A stretch of DNA of 20,146 nt from an uncultured Eubacteriales bacterium (GCA_964612155.1 CAZTDA010000004.1:1-20146); one strand, 5' to 3'. Shown: positions 1-8,774, numbered from the stretch's first letter. Translations and numbers: made by a program. Notes: generated by a model not told the origin, from the letters alone.

Positions 1-27
1 CATGCGGTTTACGGGCTTTTTGATTTT
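1..27. repeat. 27-bp exact direct repeat copy A (CATGCGGTTTACGGGCTTTTTGATTTT). Copy B is at 5870-5896. The repeat may extend left of the window.
   Basis: The identical 27-mer occurs at 5870-5896. The sequences after each copy diverge. Confidence 0.8.
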
Positions 28-52
28 GTAGAATCAGGCAATCCTCATTATA

Positions 53-94
53 GTAAAACCACTTTAAAGTCAAGGCAAATTAAAGTGGTTTTAC
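53..94. repeat. Perfect 15-bp inverted repeat (GTAAAACCACTTTAA / TTAAAGTGGTTTTAC) with a 12-nt loop, downstream of queG
   Basis: Read directly from the sequence. No T-run follows on either strand, so it is not a canonical intrinsic terminator. Confidence 0.7.
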
Positions 95-157
95 TATATA
101 ACAATCATATTCGGCAACCGCCTTGTCAAATGACGTGTTTACCTTACCTAAACCGGT

Positions 158-1186
158 TTATAAATTGCGTTTGAGGCAAATGGCGGTGGCCATGTCTCTC
201 ACCTTTTCATAGGTGCTTTGCCGGGCTTTGCAGATGGAAGGTTTAAAGCGTTCTTCATAACGGTTATCCATAAAGTTCAGAGCGTTCACCTGCCATTTCC
301 ACAGCTCGTCCGGTGTCAGATAAAAGAACTTTGGCTGAATTTTCTCACGATAAAACTGCTCGTCTGTCTCTAAAATATTTTCTGCGGCCAGCGCATCCGA
401 AACCTCTGTCAACATAGGAAATTCTTCGTTACCCTCCCATTTGTTTTTGTTCATCGGGCAAACATCCTGACAAGTATCACACCCGTAAATCCAATCGCCG
501 AACTGTGCGGCCAGCGGCTCTTTGGGAAGGTCTCTCCCGCCAAAGGTCGTCAGAAAAGACACGCATTTGAGAGGATTCATGGTATAGGCACCGCATAGCG
601 ATGCGGTCGGGCAGGCCTTGATACAGCGGTCGCAGTCCGGGGGGCAGGGAGGAAGCTTCGGCGTTTCAATCAGCTCTGTTTCACGGTCAATCAAGAACGC
701 TTCAAGGTTTAACCACGATCCGGATTCGGTATAAAAAAAGTTATTGCGTCGTATAATGCCGAGCCCGGCCTGCAGGGCAGCCCAGCGAAGTCCGACAATA
801 CCGAACTTCCGGTTGGCGGCAGTCCGCATTCCAAGTTGCTGCATATATTTTTCTAGTGTAGCGCTGTTTTGATGTTCTATGGTATTTTCATCGATACGTG
901 TATCCATCAAATACTTTTTGCCGATATGTCCGCGTACGGATTCCGGTATTCTGTATTTGGAATAAGGCACGGTCAGCACCACAATTGATTTTGCCCAGGG
1001 AAATTCCTCTTTGAATTTGACAAGGCGCTGCTGACCCTGATAAAACCTGCCTGATTGCGGAACCTTTTGGATCCTTTCGCCTAGCTTTTCCTCAAAGCCC
1101 GCCATGGTTTCGACGGGAATGATGCCGCATTTTTCATAGCCCAATTCAAGGGCCTTTTTGTGTATCAGTTTTGCAATTGAGTCCAT
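158..1186 (-). CDS. queG: Epoxyqueuosine reductase (tRNA queuosine biosynthesis), QueG-like, 342 aa
   Basis: The ORF translation has two 4Fe-4S ferredoxin cysteine motifs (CPPDCDRCIKACP and CDTCQDVCP) and a HEAT-like C-terminal tail. Its length and layout are typical of QueG. An AGGAG ribosome-binding site lies upstream of the ATG on the minus strand (GGCAGGAGATAAAATAATG). Confidence 0.8.
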   Translation of the reverse strand: MDSIAKLIHKKALELGYEKCGIIPVETMAGFEEKLGERIQKVPQSGRFYQGQQRLVKFKEEFPWAKSIVVLTVPYSKYRIPESVRGHIGKKYLMDTRIDENTIEHQNSATLEKYMQQLGMRTAANRKFGIVGLRWAALQAGLGIIRRNNFFYTESGSWLNLEAFLIDRETELIETPKLPPCPPDCDRCIKACPTASLCGAYTMNPLKCVSFLTTFGGRDLPKEPLAAQFGDWIYGCDTCQDVCPMNKNKWEGNEEFPMLTEVSDALAAENILETDEQFYREKIQPKFFYLTPDELWKWQVNALNFMDNRYEERFKPSICKARQSTYEKVRDMATAICLKRNL

Positions 1187-1388
1187 ATTATTTTATCTCC
1201 TGCCTTTCTGTAATAAATTTCGATTAAAGCACCGCAAGATAAGACACCTCCGGGTGCTGGTCGTTTTTAATTTCAATCAGCCGCAATATTGATCAAAACT
1301 CATATTCAAAAAAGGCGCGCCCGGTTGTGAAATCAAACAGCGTTTTGCCGTTTTCTTTGAAGGTATAATGCGCGGTGCAGGAGATGCT

Positions 1389-2120
1389 TTAGCGTATCAG
1401 CCGTTTCATGCTGCCCCGAACAGGCGCATACAGCGGATTGTTCTGCTTTTTGAGCAGGGTGGCGGTCAGCTTCAATTTCCCTTGAGACACGGCAATTTCC
1501 CCATTGCCGATGTGCGTCACTTTTGCGCCCAGATAAGTGGCGATCCGATATTCCTTCCCGCGCCAAAAAACGATCCCGATAATCCCCGTAAAATGAATCG
1601 CACCCAGCGGAATCTTGGCTACAGACAGCATCACACTGCCGGGGGTTTCATCAACAAAGTTGTATTGCGTCCACGCATAGGCCTCGGGAAACGAACGGCC
1701 TCTGTCGCCCTCGATATAGCCCACATCGTTTAAAAAGCGATATTCAACGTCGTTGATGGTCAGCGCTCCGCTCACCGTGTGGGTCATGTTGAACACGCTG
1801 TGGCGGCACTCCATCAACGGCACATAGCGAAACGGGCCCATAATGTCATACCGAATCGGTGACAGCGTTCCGAATGTCAAGCTGCCGCAAACCGTGATTT
1901 CATCTGTTTTGATGTCAAGGGTCAGCCCTCTCTCGGAGAAAAGGTTGTCCCCGATTTTCACCTGCAGCGTATTTTTGCGGCAAGAGAACTGTTCGTATAA
2001 AAACCCGATATTCCATGCGCCGGTATCGGTGATGATCTTCGATATGAATTGCGGGAATTACGGCAACGGTTCCTTCTTTGTTCTGCGCTTTAACATACCA
2101 CCCTTTAAAATTTGCTTCAT
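1389..2120 (-). pseudogene. Hypothetical protein (about 243 aa if read through) interrupted by an in-frame TAA at 2058-2060. The reading frame is continuous from the ATG at 2120 to the stop at 1389.
   Basis: A strong AAGGAG ribosome-binding site sits 5 nt before the ATG at 2120 (MKQILKGGMLKRRTKKEPLP, then the stop). The downstream 190-aa ORF (1389..1961) is in the same frame. It begins only at a GTG with no ribosome-binding site. No other start codon exists between 2057 and 1961. Confidence 0.45.
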
Positions 2121-2293
2121 CCCGTCTCCTTTCATTCTATTCCAAAAACTTCTGTTTTCAGCGTTCGAAAGAATCTCGTTAAAATGCAGTCGTTTATAAC
2201 TCACCGCCGCAAAGAGATTTGTCTTATTAGAAGCACGAAACATATTTACATATCCAAAAAGATTTTACTTTTCAGGGAAACTTAACTGTTAGT

Positions 2294-4456
2294 TCAATTG
2301 TTCGGCGTCGGACGTTTTTTCATGGATAGAGAGATTCTCTTTTTTGCAAGGTCCACCGAAAGCACGTACACTTTTACGATGTCTCCTACCTTGACCACTT
2401 CCGACGGGTGCTTGATAAAACGGTCGGTGATCTCGGAAATGTGAACCAGACCGTCTTGATGGACGGCAATATCCACAAAAACCCCGAAATCAATGACATT
2501 CCTGACCGTTCCCGTCAACTCCATACCGGGCATAAGGTCTTCCATGCTTAAAATATCGCTTCTGAGAAGCGGGGGAGGCAGCTCGTCACGGATATCGCGG
2601 CCCGGCTTCATTAATTCGACGAGGATGTCACGCAGGGTCGGGATACCGATGCCCACCGCCTGCGCCACTTTGGATTCGCCCGTTTCTTTGATCAGAGCAG
2701 GGAGCGATTGAATTTTTTCAGAGGTGAGGTCGGAAACCGTCATCCCGAACTGGCTCAGCATCATTTTTGTGGCTTCATACGATTCCGGGTGAACGGAAGT
2801 ATTATCAAGAATGTTTTTAGCGCCCGGTATGCGCAAAAAGCCCGCGGCTTGCTCGAATGCTTTAGGGCCGAGTTTCGGCACCTTTTTCAGCGCTGAGCGA
2901 GCGGTAAAGGGGCCGTTTTCATCCCGAAACGCCACCACATTGGAAGCGACTGTGGCGCCGAGACCCGAGACATAGGTGAGCAGCGAGGTTGAGGCGGTGT
3001 TCAAATCCACGCCGACGCTGTTGACGCAGTCCTCCACAACGCCCGTGAGCTCGCTATCCAACCGGGCGGGGGGCATATCATGCTGGTACTGCCCTACCCC
3101 GATGGATTTGGGGTCAATCTTGACAAGCTCTGCAAGCGGGTCCTGCAGTCGGCGTGCGATTGAGACGGCACTTCTGAGCGAAACATCAAAGTCAGGGAAT
3201 TCGGCTGCTCCCAGTTTGGAGGCAGAGTAAACCGAAGCACCCGCTTCGTTGACAACCATATAGGACAACGGCGTGTCAACTTCTTTGATCAGCGCCGCAA
3301 TAAAAATCTCGGACTCTTTGGAGGCCGTGCCGTTGCCGATGGCGATGACTTCAACTTTATGCTTTTTAATCAAGCGTTTCAGTTCTTGCTTGGCTTCCTC
3401 TGTTTTATTGTGCGGCGGGGTGGGATATACGACGGTTGTGTCAAGCGCTTTGCCTGTGGGGTCAACTACGGCGATTTTACAGCCTGTGCGGTAGGCGGGG
3501 TCGAATCCCAACACCGTTTTTCCCTTGATGGGCGGCGAAAGCAGCAGCGGTTTTAGATTTAATCCGAACATCGAGATCGCCTGTTGATTGGCCGTGTCGG
3601 TCAGTTCGGTGCGTATTTCGCGGTCAACAGAGGGCTTTATCAAGCGATCCCAAGCGTCTTCGGCTGCTTGCCGTACCCATTCGGATAATTGGCAGCTCCC
3701 TTTTACATAAGTTGCACAGATGGGGGATAAAGCCAAGCCGTCGGCAATCTCGATTTCCACCTTTAAAAACTTTTCCCGCTCGCCGCGATTGATGGCCAAG
3801 ATGCGATGGCTGGGAATTCTGCTCACCGGCTCGGAGTACTCGGCATACATCTCATAGACCGATTCCTGATTCTCGGTTTTCTCCGCACGGGAGGTAATCA
3901 CGCCGCCTCTTTTGATCAGATCACGGAGTTGTCCACGCAGTTTCGGGTCGTCGGAAATGAGTTCGGCGATGATATCCTTTGCGCCCTCGATGGCTTCTTC
4001 AGCGGTGTTGACAGAAAGCTCCTTGTTGATAAACGGAACAGCGATGGATAAGTCACTGCCGCTGTCTTGTTTCAAGATGAGTTCCGCCAAGGGCTCCAAC
4101 CCTTTTTCTTTTGCAATGGTTGCACGGGTGCGGCGCTTTTGCTTGTATGGGCGATAAATGTCTTCGAGTACGGACATTGTTGTAGCTTTTTCAATTTCTT
4201 CGGCTATTTCATCGGTCATTTTGCCTTGCTCGGTGATGCTCTCTTTGATTTTTTGCTTGCGCTCTTCGAAAGCACGCAGATATTGCAGGCGATCGGCGAG
4301 TTCACGCAGCACCTGATCATCGCACGAGCCGGTCATCTCTTTGCGGTAGCGTGCGATAAAAGGGATGGTGTTTCCGTCGTCGATTAAGGTGATGATATTT
4401 TTCACATGCTCGGGATTGAGCTTAAATTCAGTTGATAAAGTGATATATTGTTCCAC
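2294..4456 (-). CDS. tex: Transcription accessory protein Tex. It has an N-terminal helix-hairpin-helix region, a YqgF/RuvC-like domain and a C-terminal S1 RNA-binding domain. The likely true start is the GTG at 4456. The six-frame track ORF extends to an ATG at 4498.
   Basis: The IPFIARYRKEMTG motif sits near the N-terminus. A C-terminal S1 domain is present (GMELTGTVRNVIDFGVFVDIA...HISE). The length is about 720 aa. The GTG start is preceded by AGAGGAAAC at proper spacing. The ATG at 4498 lies inside the predicted promoter -10 region. Confidence 0.85.
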   Translation of the reverse strand: MEQYITLSTEFKLNPEHVKNIITLIDDGNTIPFIARYRKEMTGSCDDQVLRELADRLQYLRAFEERKQKIKESITEQGKMTDEIAEEIEKATTMSVLEDIYRPYKQKRRTRATIAKEKGLEPLAELILKQDSGSDLSIAVPFINKELSVNTAEEAIEGAKDIIAELISDDPKLRGQLRDLIKRGGVITSRAEKTENQESVYEMYAEYSEPVSRIPSHRILAINRGEREKFLKVEIEIADGLALSPICATYVKGSCQLSEWVRQAAEDAWDRLIKPSVDREIRTELTDTANQQAISMFGLNLKPLLLSPPIKGKTVLGFDPAYRTGCKIAVVDPTGKALDTTVVYPTPPHNKTEEAKQELKRLIKKHKVEVIAIGNGTASKESEIFIAALIKEVDTPLSYMVVNEAGASVYSASKLGAAEFPDFDVSLRSAVSIARRLQDPLAELVKIDPKSIGVGQYQHDMPPARLDSELTGVVEDCVNSVGVDLNTASTSLLTYVSGLGATVASNVVAFRDENGPFTARSALKKVPKLGPKAFEQAAGFLRIPGAKNILDNTSVHPESYEATKMMLSQFGMTVSDLTSEKIQSLPALIKETGESKVAQAVGIGIPTLRDILVELMKPGRDIRDELPPPLLRSDILSMEDLMPGMELTGTVRNVIDFGVFVDIAVHQDGLVHISEITDRFIKHPSEVVKVGDIVKVYVLSVDLAKKRISLSMKKRPTPNN

Positions 4457-4488
4457 AATTTGTTTCCTCTGTTCCCTCTTTTTTTGAC

Positions 4489-4517
4489 AGCATACCATGT
4501 TTGGACTCGGTTTGCAA
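4489..4517 (-). promoter_or_regulatory. Putative sigma-A promoter for tex. The -35 is TTGCAA (4517-4512). A 17-nt spacer follows. The -10 is an extended TGgTATGCT (4494-4489).
   Basis: Hexamers read directly on the minus strand. The site is positioned about 30 nt upstream of the GTG start. Confidence 0.4.
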
Positions 4518-4664
4518 GATTTTTAAAGCGCATAAAATCTTTTTCATACGTTGAGGTTACACCGCATAATAAGTTGCTGATGCCACACTTATAACGAAAA
4601 TTTTGCCTCTGCTCTGGCTCATATACTCCTTCCCCGTTAACCGAATCAGTACCGTTACAAACTG

Positions 4665-4692
4665 TTGCAAACTCGTATTTTTATAGTATAAT
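4665..4692 (+). promoter_or_regulatory. Putative sigma-A promoter. The -35 is TTGCAA (4665-4670). A 16-nt spacer follows. The -10 is TATAAT (4687-4692).
   Basis: Near-consensus hexamers lie about 50 nt upstream of the ATG at 4743. An AAGGGAG ribosome-binding site precedes the ATG. Confidence 0.5.
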
Positions 4693-4742
4693 ATCCGGTA
4701 GATGTACAGTATCCAACGGAGCAGAATAAAGGGAGAACGCTT

Positions 4743-5669
4743 ATGAGCAGCTTTAAAAATTTGCGGATTTTGGACAATTTCTATCAAACATCAGCCTTCG
4801 TTCCCATGCCGACTGTGATTGTCAGCACACTTACACCGGAAGGCGATACTTCGCTTGGGTCGTATTCGTTAATCCAGCCATACTATATTGCGGGACGCGA
4901 ATATTATGCCATGCTGCTGTGTACGCGCAATTCATCCAACACCGCTCAACATTTATTACGGTATGGCAAGTGTGCATTGAACTTTATCACGGACGATAAA
5001 AAATATTTTAAAGAAGCTGTACGCCTTGGTTTTCCCGGTGACAAGCCGGAGGAAAAGATGAAAAATTGCATCTTCTCTCTTGAGGACGGACAAATGGCAG
5101 AAGCGCATCCGAATGAGTTGTTTCCTAAGGTGATCAAGGAAGCATATCAGGTCATGGTGTGTACATGGATGCGAGAACTCGACAATGCGCAGGATGATAA
5201 ACCCGGGCAACTTGATGGCTACCCTGCGCCATATCATGATTTCAACGGTATCACAAGTCCTTTCGGCGCGCACTTTATCCTGCGAGTCGATAAGATTCTC
5301 ATCAAAGAACGTTTCTATAACGCCATCATTAACGGCGTGAAAGCATCCGATTTCCCATCCATACCGGTTGATTACGGTTATCGCGACAGCAAGTCCTTCT
5401 GGTACACGAAATTTAAGCGTCCGCGGGCCGAGTTACTTCCCATCCGTGAATTCAGCTTATCGTCTGTCAAATATGCTGCTGACCGTACAGACGATACCGT
5501 AAAATTCACCGATGAGGCCTGCTCAAAACTAATCAAAGTGCCGCGTATCTTTCTGCCTGCCGCTCTGAAAAGTTGTGTGCAATGGGCAAAGGATAACGGT
5601 GTGACTTTGATCACCGAAGAACATATGAACATTATTAATGATAAACGAAGCAAAGAAAAATCAAAGTAA
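4743..5669 (+). CDS. Flavin reductase-like (FMN-binding split-barrel) domain protein, 308 aa. The C-terminal half has unknown function.
   Basis: The N-terminal 150 aa resemble the flavin reductase-like domain (VPMPTVIVSTL...ALNFITDDKKYFKEA). Ribosome-binding site and promoter are good. Confidence 0.55.
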   Translation: MSSFKNLRILDNFYQTSAFVPMPTVIVSTLTPEGDTSLGSYSLIQPYYIAGREYYAMLLCTRNSSNTAQHLLRYGKCALNFITDDKKYFKEAVRLGFPGDKPEEKMKNCIFSLEDGQMAEAHPNELFPKVIKEAYQVMVCTWMRELDNAQDDKPGQLDGYPAPYHDFNGITSPFGAHFILRVDKILIKERFYNAIINGVKASDFPSIPVDYGYRDSKSFWYTKFKRPRAELLPIREFSLSSVKYAADRTDDTVKFTDEACSKLIKVPRIFLPAALKSCVQWAKDNGVTLITEEHMNIINDKRSKEKSK

Positions 5670-5789
5670 CGATGAATTTAAATTGATCACAGCATCGCTC
5701 CTGTAGATCACAGATACCTTCTAATTAAAAATTCAAACGCTTATATCGCACAAGAATACTAAAACGTCTGTTAAAGCAAAAGTAAAAAT

Positions 5790-5810
5790 CGGGGCTTATC
5801 CCCGCATTTT
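5790..5810 (+). terminator. Rho-independent terminator. The stem is CGGGG-CTTAT-CCCCG, followed by GCATTTT.
   Basis: A GC-rich hairpin plus a T-run lies about 120 nt downstream of the stop at 5669. Confidence 0.45.
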
Positions 5811-5869
5811 GAACTTATCGACACTCCTGCCCTTTGCAACCAAACAGCAACCGTGAAAAAGATCGTCGC

Positions 5870-5896
5870 CATGCGGTTTACGGGCTTTTTGATTTT
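5870..5896. repeat. 27-bp exact direct repeat copy B (identical to 1-27)
   Basis: Exact match to window positions 1-27. Confidence 0.8.
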
Positions 5897-6007
5897 TTTA
5901 TAGGCTCTGTTCGATTTTCCATACGAGGTCAAATTTAATGGTTAATCAGCTTTATGTTTTCATCAGTTTGGATTGCTTCCGTTTATCACTTTGCATTTAA
6001 AATTTGA

Positions 6008-6037
6008 TTGAAAAAAGGCTGCCTAACATGTTAGAAT
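6008..6037 (+). promoter_or_regulatory. Putative promoter. The -35 is TTGAAA (6008-6013). An 18-nt spacer follows. The -10 is an extended TGtTAGAAT (6029-6037).
   Basis: Hexamers lie about 30 nt upstream of the GGAGAAGGGGGA ribosome-binding site and the ATG at 6066. Confidence 0.35.
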
Positions 6038-6065
6038 AATGCATCATGGAGAAGGGGGAAACTGA

Positions 6066-6902
6066 ATGGTAGTGATGGTTACAACGTCATATTATCAACA
6101 GTTTGACGCCGATTTTACCCTCCCGTATCCCGGTGAAGGGTACGGCGGGTGGAAAAAAGCAGATCTGCCCATCGATACCGATAAAACCGCCCTTGTCGTG
6201 ATGCATGCCTGGGATGCCGGAACCCGAGAGCAATTCCCCGGCTGGCACCGTGCCGTCGAATATATCCCCCGCGCTTACGGGATTGCCGACGGTGTTTTAA
6301 AGGACCTGCTGGCAGCTGCAAGGGCACATGGTTTTAAGATTTATCACGTCGTCGGAGACACCGTCACGGATGGGACTTATTACGCCGACCTTCCCGGATA
6401 CAAACGGGCAGCGGAATTGGCCGATAAGCCGGTTCCGGCTCTCCCCCAAATCCCCGCCGACCGAACCCTTCTGGCGCGCAACGCCTTTAAGGCGGACTGC
6501 TCTTTCCCGGGTCGCCACAACCAAGCGGATGTGGACAGGGGCTTCGGACGGATCGGTTTTATCCCATCCGTCAAGCCGACCGATTCGGAACCCATCGCCA
6601 AAAATGGCGATCAGCTCTTTGCTGTGGCTGAAGCAGACGGCGTCAACCACCTGATTTACACCGGCTTTGCCATCAATTACTGTTTACAGTATTCCCCCGC
6701 CGGTATGGCGGATATGAGCCGCCGGGGCTTTGCTTGTTCGGCCATCCGTCAAGCGGTAACGGCCGTGGAGCGGAAAGAATCCGTCCGCCGGGAAGAACAC
6801 AAAGAAACTGCCCTCTGGCTTACAGCCATGATGTTCGGTTTTGTCTACGATGCGGATGATATCATAAACATGATAAAAAATCTGCCTGCCGAAAATGAAT
6901 AG
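6066..6902 (+). CDS. Isochorismatase-family (cysteine hydrolase-like) protein, 278 aa. This gene is GC-rich, about 58 %.
   Basis: It shows the Asp...Lys...Cys arrangement of the isochorismatase-like fold (TALVVMHAWD ... HLIYTGFAINYCLQYS). The ribosome-binding site is strong. The assignment is tentative. Confidence 0.45.
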   Translation: MVVMVTTSYYQQFDADFTLPYPGEGYGGWKKADLPIDTDKTALVVMHAWDAGTREQFPGWHRAVEYIPRAYGIADGVLKDLLAAARAHGFKIYHVVGDTVTDGTYYADLPGYKRAAELADKPVPALPQIPADRTLLARNAFKADCSFPGRHNQADVDRGFGRIGFIPSVKPTDSEPIAKNGDQLFAVAEADGVNHLIYTGFAINYCLQYSPAGMADMSRRGFACSAIRQAVTAVERKESVRREEHKETALWLTAMMFGFVYDADDIINMIKNLPAENE

Positions 6903-6916
6903 AAAGGGTATGTTTT

Positions 6917-8728
6917 ATGGATTTTCAAAAAATTGCACAGCCCTGTAAAAACTTTTGCTTTATGAACATGATTGCGATCAAAGACCCGCTCGACGGACGC
7001 AAGAAGTTGGTGATGATCAGTTTCGCCGCCGGAAGAACAGGGATTTTGATCATCGTAGACCCCGAAAACACCGAGGCCGGGGAGTTGCTGGAGCTGCCGG
7101 GCGATGAGGGCGCATGGGCGCTCTTGAATTTGAATGATGAAAAGATTTTAGTCGGCACTTGCGCCCAAAAAGGATATTTACACTGCTTAGACCTCAAGAC
7201 CCGTAGTTGGAGCAAGCCCCTGTCTGTTCCGGGGGAACTCTATATCTGGAATCTGGCGCTCGGCAGTGACGGCATGGTCTACGGCGGCACTTGGCCGGGG
7301 TGCCGACTTTTGCGATATGACCCTAAAGCTCATACATTAACGGATCTGGGACGTGCCGGTGAAAACGAAAAAAACCTCTATTCAAGGATGGTATACAGCG
7401 ACCCATATGGTCGTATTTATGTCAGCATCGGTTATGACAACAAAGAGATAAGGGTTTGGGACATTGAATCCGAAAGCTGGAGCACATTAGATGCCGACGA
7501 CGCTTATATCCGAGAGGTTTATGAGGATTTTATCGCCGTTGATAAGCATGGAAAAAGGGAATATTATGACCTGAAAACCAACAAAAAGATAAACAAAGAC
7601 CTCTCGGAACAGGAATTTCAACCCGACAGTCGTTTGGGAGAGTCCAGTCAAATCCGTGTCCGAGAAAAGGACGGTACTGCTTACGGCACCCGTGGGCAGC
7701 AGTATTTTGTCCTACGTCCGGGTGCAAAGCAGCCGGAATATATTAAAATTCATGTCCAAACCCCCTCCACTGCTATATTGGAGCTGGTCTGGCACGATCA
7801 TAAACTTTGGGGCGCAAGCGCTTTGGGACAAACCATTTTTTCTTATGACCCCGAAACCGGCGCCAATTGGAATTCTGATATGGTCTGTGACCGCGGCGGC
7901 GAGGTTTACAGCATTGTACCCATCGAAGGCAAGCTCTTCATGGCCGCCTACGCGGGCGGAGACCACATTGTCTATGACCCTGCCCTACCCTGGAATCAGA
8001 TGGATAATTTAAACCCAAAGACGGTTTTCACTGCCGGACCCGACATTTTTATTAGACCCAGCGGTAAGAGCATTAAAGGTCCGGACGGCGCTTTCTGGAC
8101 CGCATGGATGGCTCCTTATGGGACTTACGGCGGCGGCATGACCCGCATTGACTCGATTACCTTTGAGGCAAAGGTCTATAAAGATCTCATCCCCGGCCTC
8201 GCCTTCGGCGGGCTGACCTGTGATGAGCGGCTGATGTATCTGACGACGGTACCGGCCGGCAATGGTCTGCCCGTACAGCAGGACAAACAAATGGTGCTTT
8301 GCGCGGTCAACACCGACGGGCAAATCGAGCGGCAGACGGTCTTTGAAAAAGGGCTGATTCCCGAACCGTTTACAACGGTAATCATCGGTGATAAGCTGCT
8401 CATCGGATTCCAAACTGCCATCGGTATTTATGATAAGAACACCTTTGAAGAACTTGCTCGCATCCCCGTTGAAACCAAATGCACCTTTGCCCTACCCCGT
8501 GGGGATGTCCCCTGCGGAAATGAAGCGTTGGTCTTTACCCAGCGGAATCTTTATGTTATCGACGTTGCAACCGGAAAAATACTTGATAAAGCGCCTCTGC
8601 CCATAGCCATCACAGGCCCCGAAAAAGATCCGCACGGCATGGAGGTGCACTCCGCCGCCTTTGACGAAGCGGGCAATCTCTATTTCAGCCAGCACGGAGA
8701 GCTTTTCCGCATGTCTGCCGATAAATAA
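6917..8728 (+). CDS. Beta-propeller repeat protein of unknown function, 603 aa. It is co-transcribed with the upstream hydrolase gene across a 14-nt gap.
   Basis: Repeated 40-50-aa blades are rich in G/Y/W/D (LYIWNLALGSDGMVYGG, RIYVSIGYDNKEIRVWD and so on). I recognise no catalytic motif. Confidence 0.5.
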   Translation: MDFQKIAQPCKNFCFMNMIAIKDPLDGRKKLVMISFAAGRTGILIIVDPENTEAGELLELPGDEGAWALLNLNDEKILVGTCAQKGYLHCLDLKTRSWSKPLSVPGELYIWNLALGSDGMVYGGTWPGCRLLRYDPKAHTLTDLGRAGENEKNLYSRMVYSDPYGRIYVSIGYDNKEIRVWDIESESWSTLDADDAYIREVYEDFIAVDKHGKREYYDLKTNKKINKDLSEQEFQPDSRLGESSQIRVREKDGTAYGTRGQQYFVLRPGAKQPEYIKIHVQTPSTAILELVWHDHKLWGASALGQTIFSYDPETGANWNSDMVCDRGGEVYSIVPIEGKLFMAAYAGGDHIVYDPALPWNQMDNLNPKTVFTAGPDIFIRPSGKSIKGPDGAFWTAWMAPYGTYGGGMTRIDSITFEAKVYKDLIPGLAFGGLTCDERLMYLTTVPAGNGLPVQQDKQMVLCAVNTDGQIERQTVFEKGLIPEPFTTVIIGDKLLIGFQTAIGIYDKNTFEELARIPVETKCTFALPRGDVPCGNEALVFTQRNLYVIDVATGKILDKAPLPIAITGPEKDPHGMEVHSAAFDEAGNLYFSQHGELFRMSADK

Positions 8729-8732
8729 AAAA

Positions 8733-8774
8733 GCCGAAAGAAGAAACCTTCTCCCGGCCTTGCAGTTATTTTTA
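8733..8774. terminator. Bidirectional intrinsic terminator between convergent genes. It is an interrupted GCCG/AGAAG stem with T-runs on both sides.
   Basis: The hairpin spans 8733-8758. On the minus strand it is followed by CTTTTTTATTTAT. On the plus strand a T-run lies at 8768-8774. Confidence 0.45.

Noticed and set aside
1187-1388. Possible preQ1 riboswitch or attenuator upstream of queG. A weak AGCACC...GGTGCT hairpin at 1228-1258 and a GGCGCGCC 8-mer at 1314-1321 are present.
   Set aside because: There is no match to the preQ1-I/II consensus. queG is not a usual preQ1-regulated gene. The hairpin has only a 6-bp stem with a 19-nt loop. The GGCGCGCC palindrome has no loop.
1333-1733. ORFs 1333..1566 (-) and 1368..1733 (+) overlapping the hypothetical gene
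   Set aside because: They are nested or antisense within a longer ORF. They have no ribosome-binding site and their composition is typical of out-of-frame translation (rich in R, A and G).
2493-4387. Many 60-120-aa plus-strand ORFs inside tex
   Set aside because: They are antisense to a confidently identified, conserved gene. They are low-complexity, Ser/Arg-rich frame artefacts.
5690-5725. Direct repeat GATCACAG x2 spaced 15 nt downstream of the flavin-reductase-like gene
   Set aside because: An 8-mer is too short to exclude chance, and there is no obvious associated feature.
5853-5901. Short ORF spanning repeat copy B (…MRFTGFLIFL*)
   Set aside because: Only 10 codons follow the sole ATG. 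There is no ribosome-binding site. The same 27-mer at copy A is in a different context, so the repeat is unlikely to be coding.
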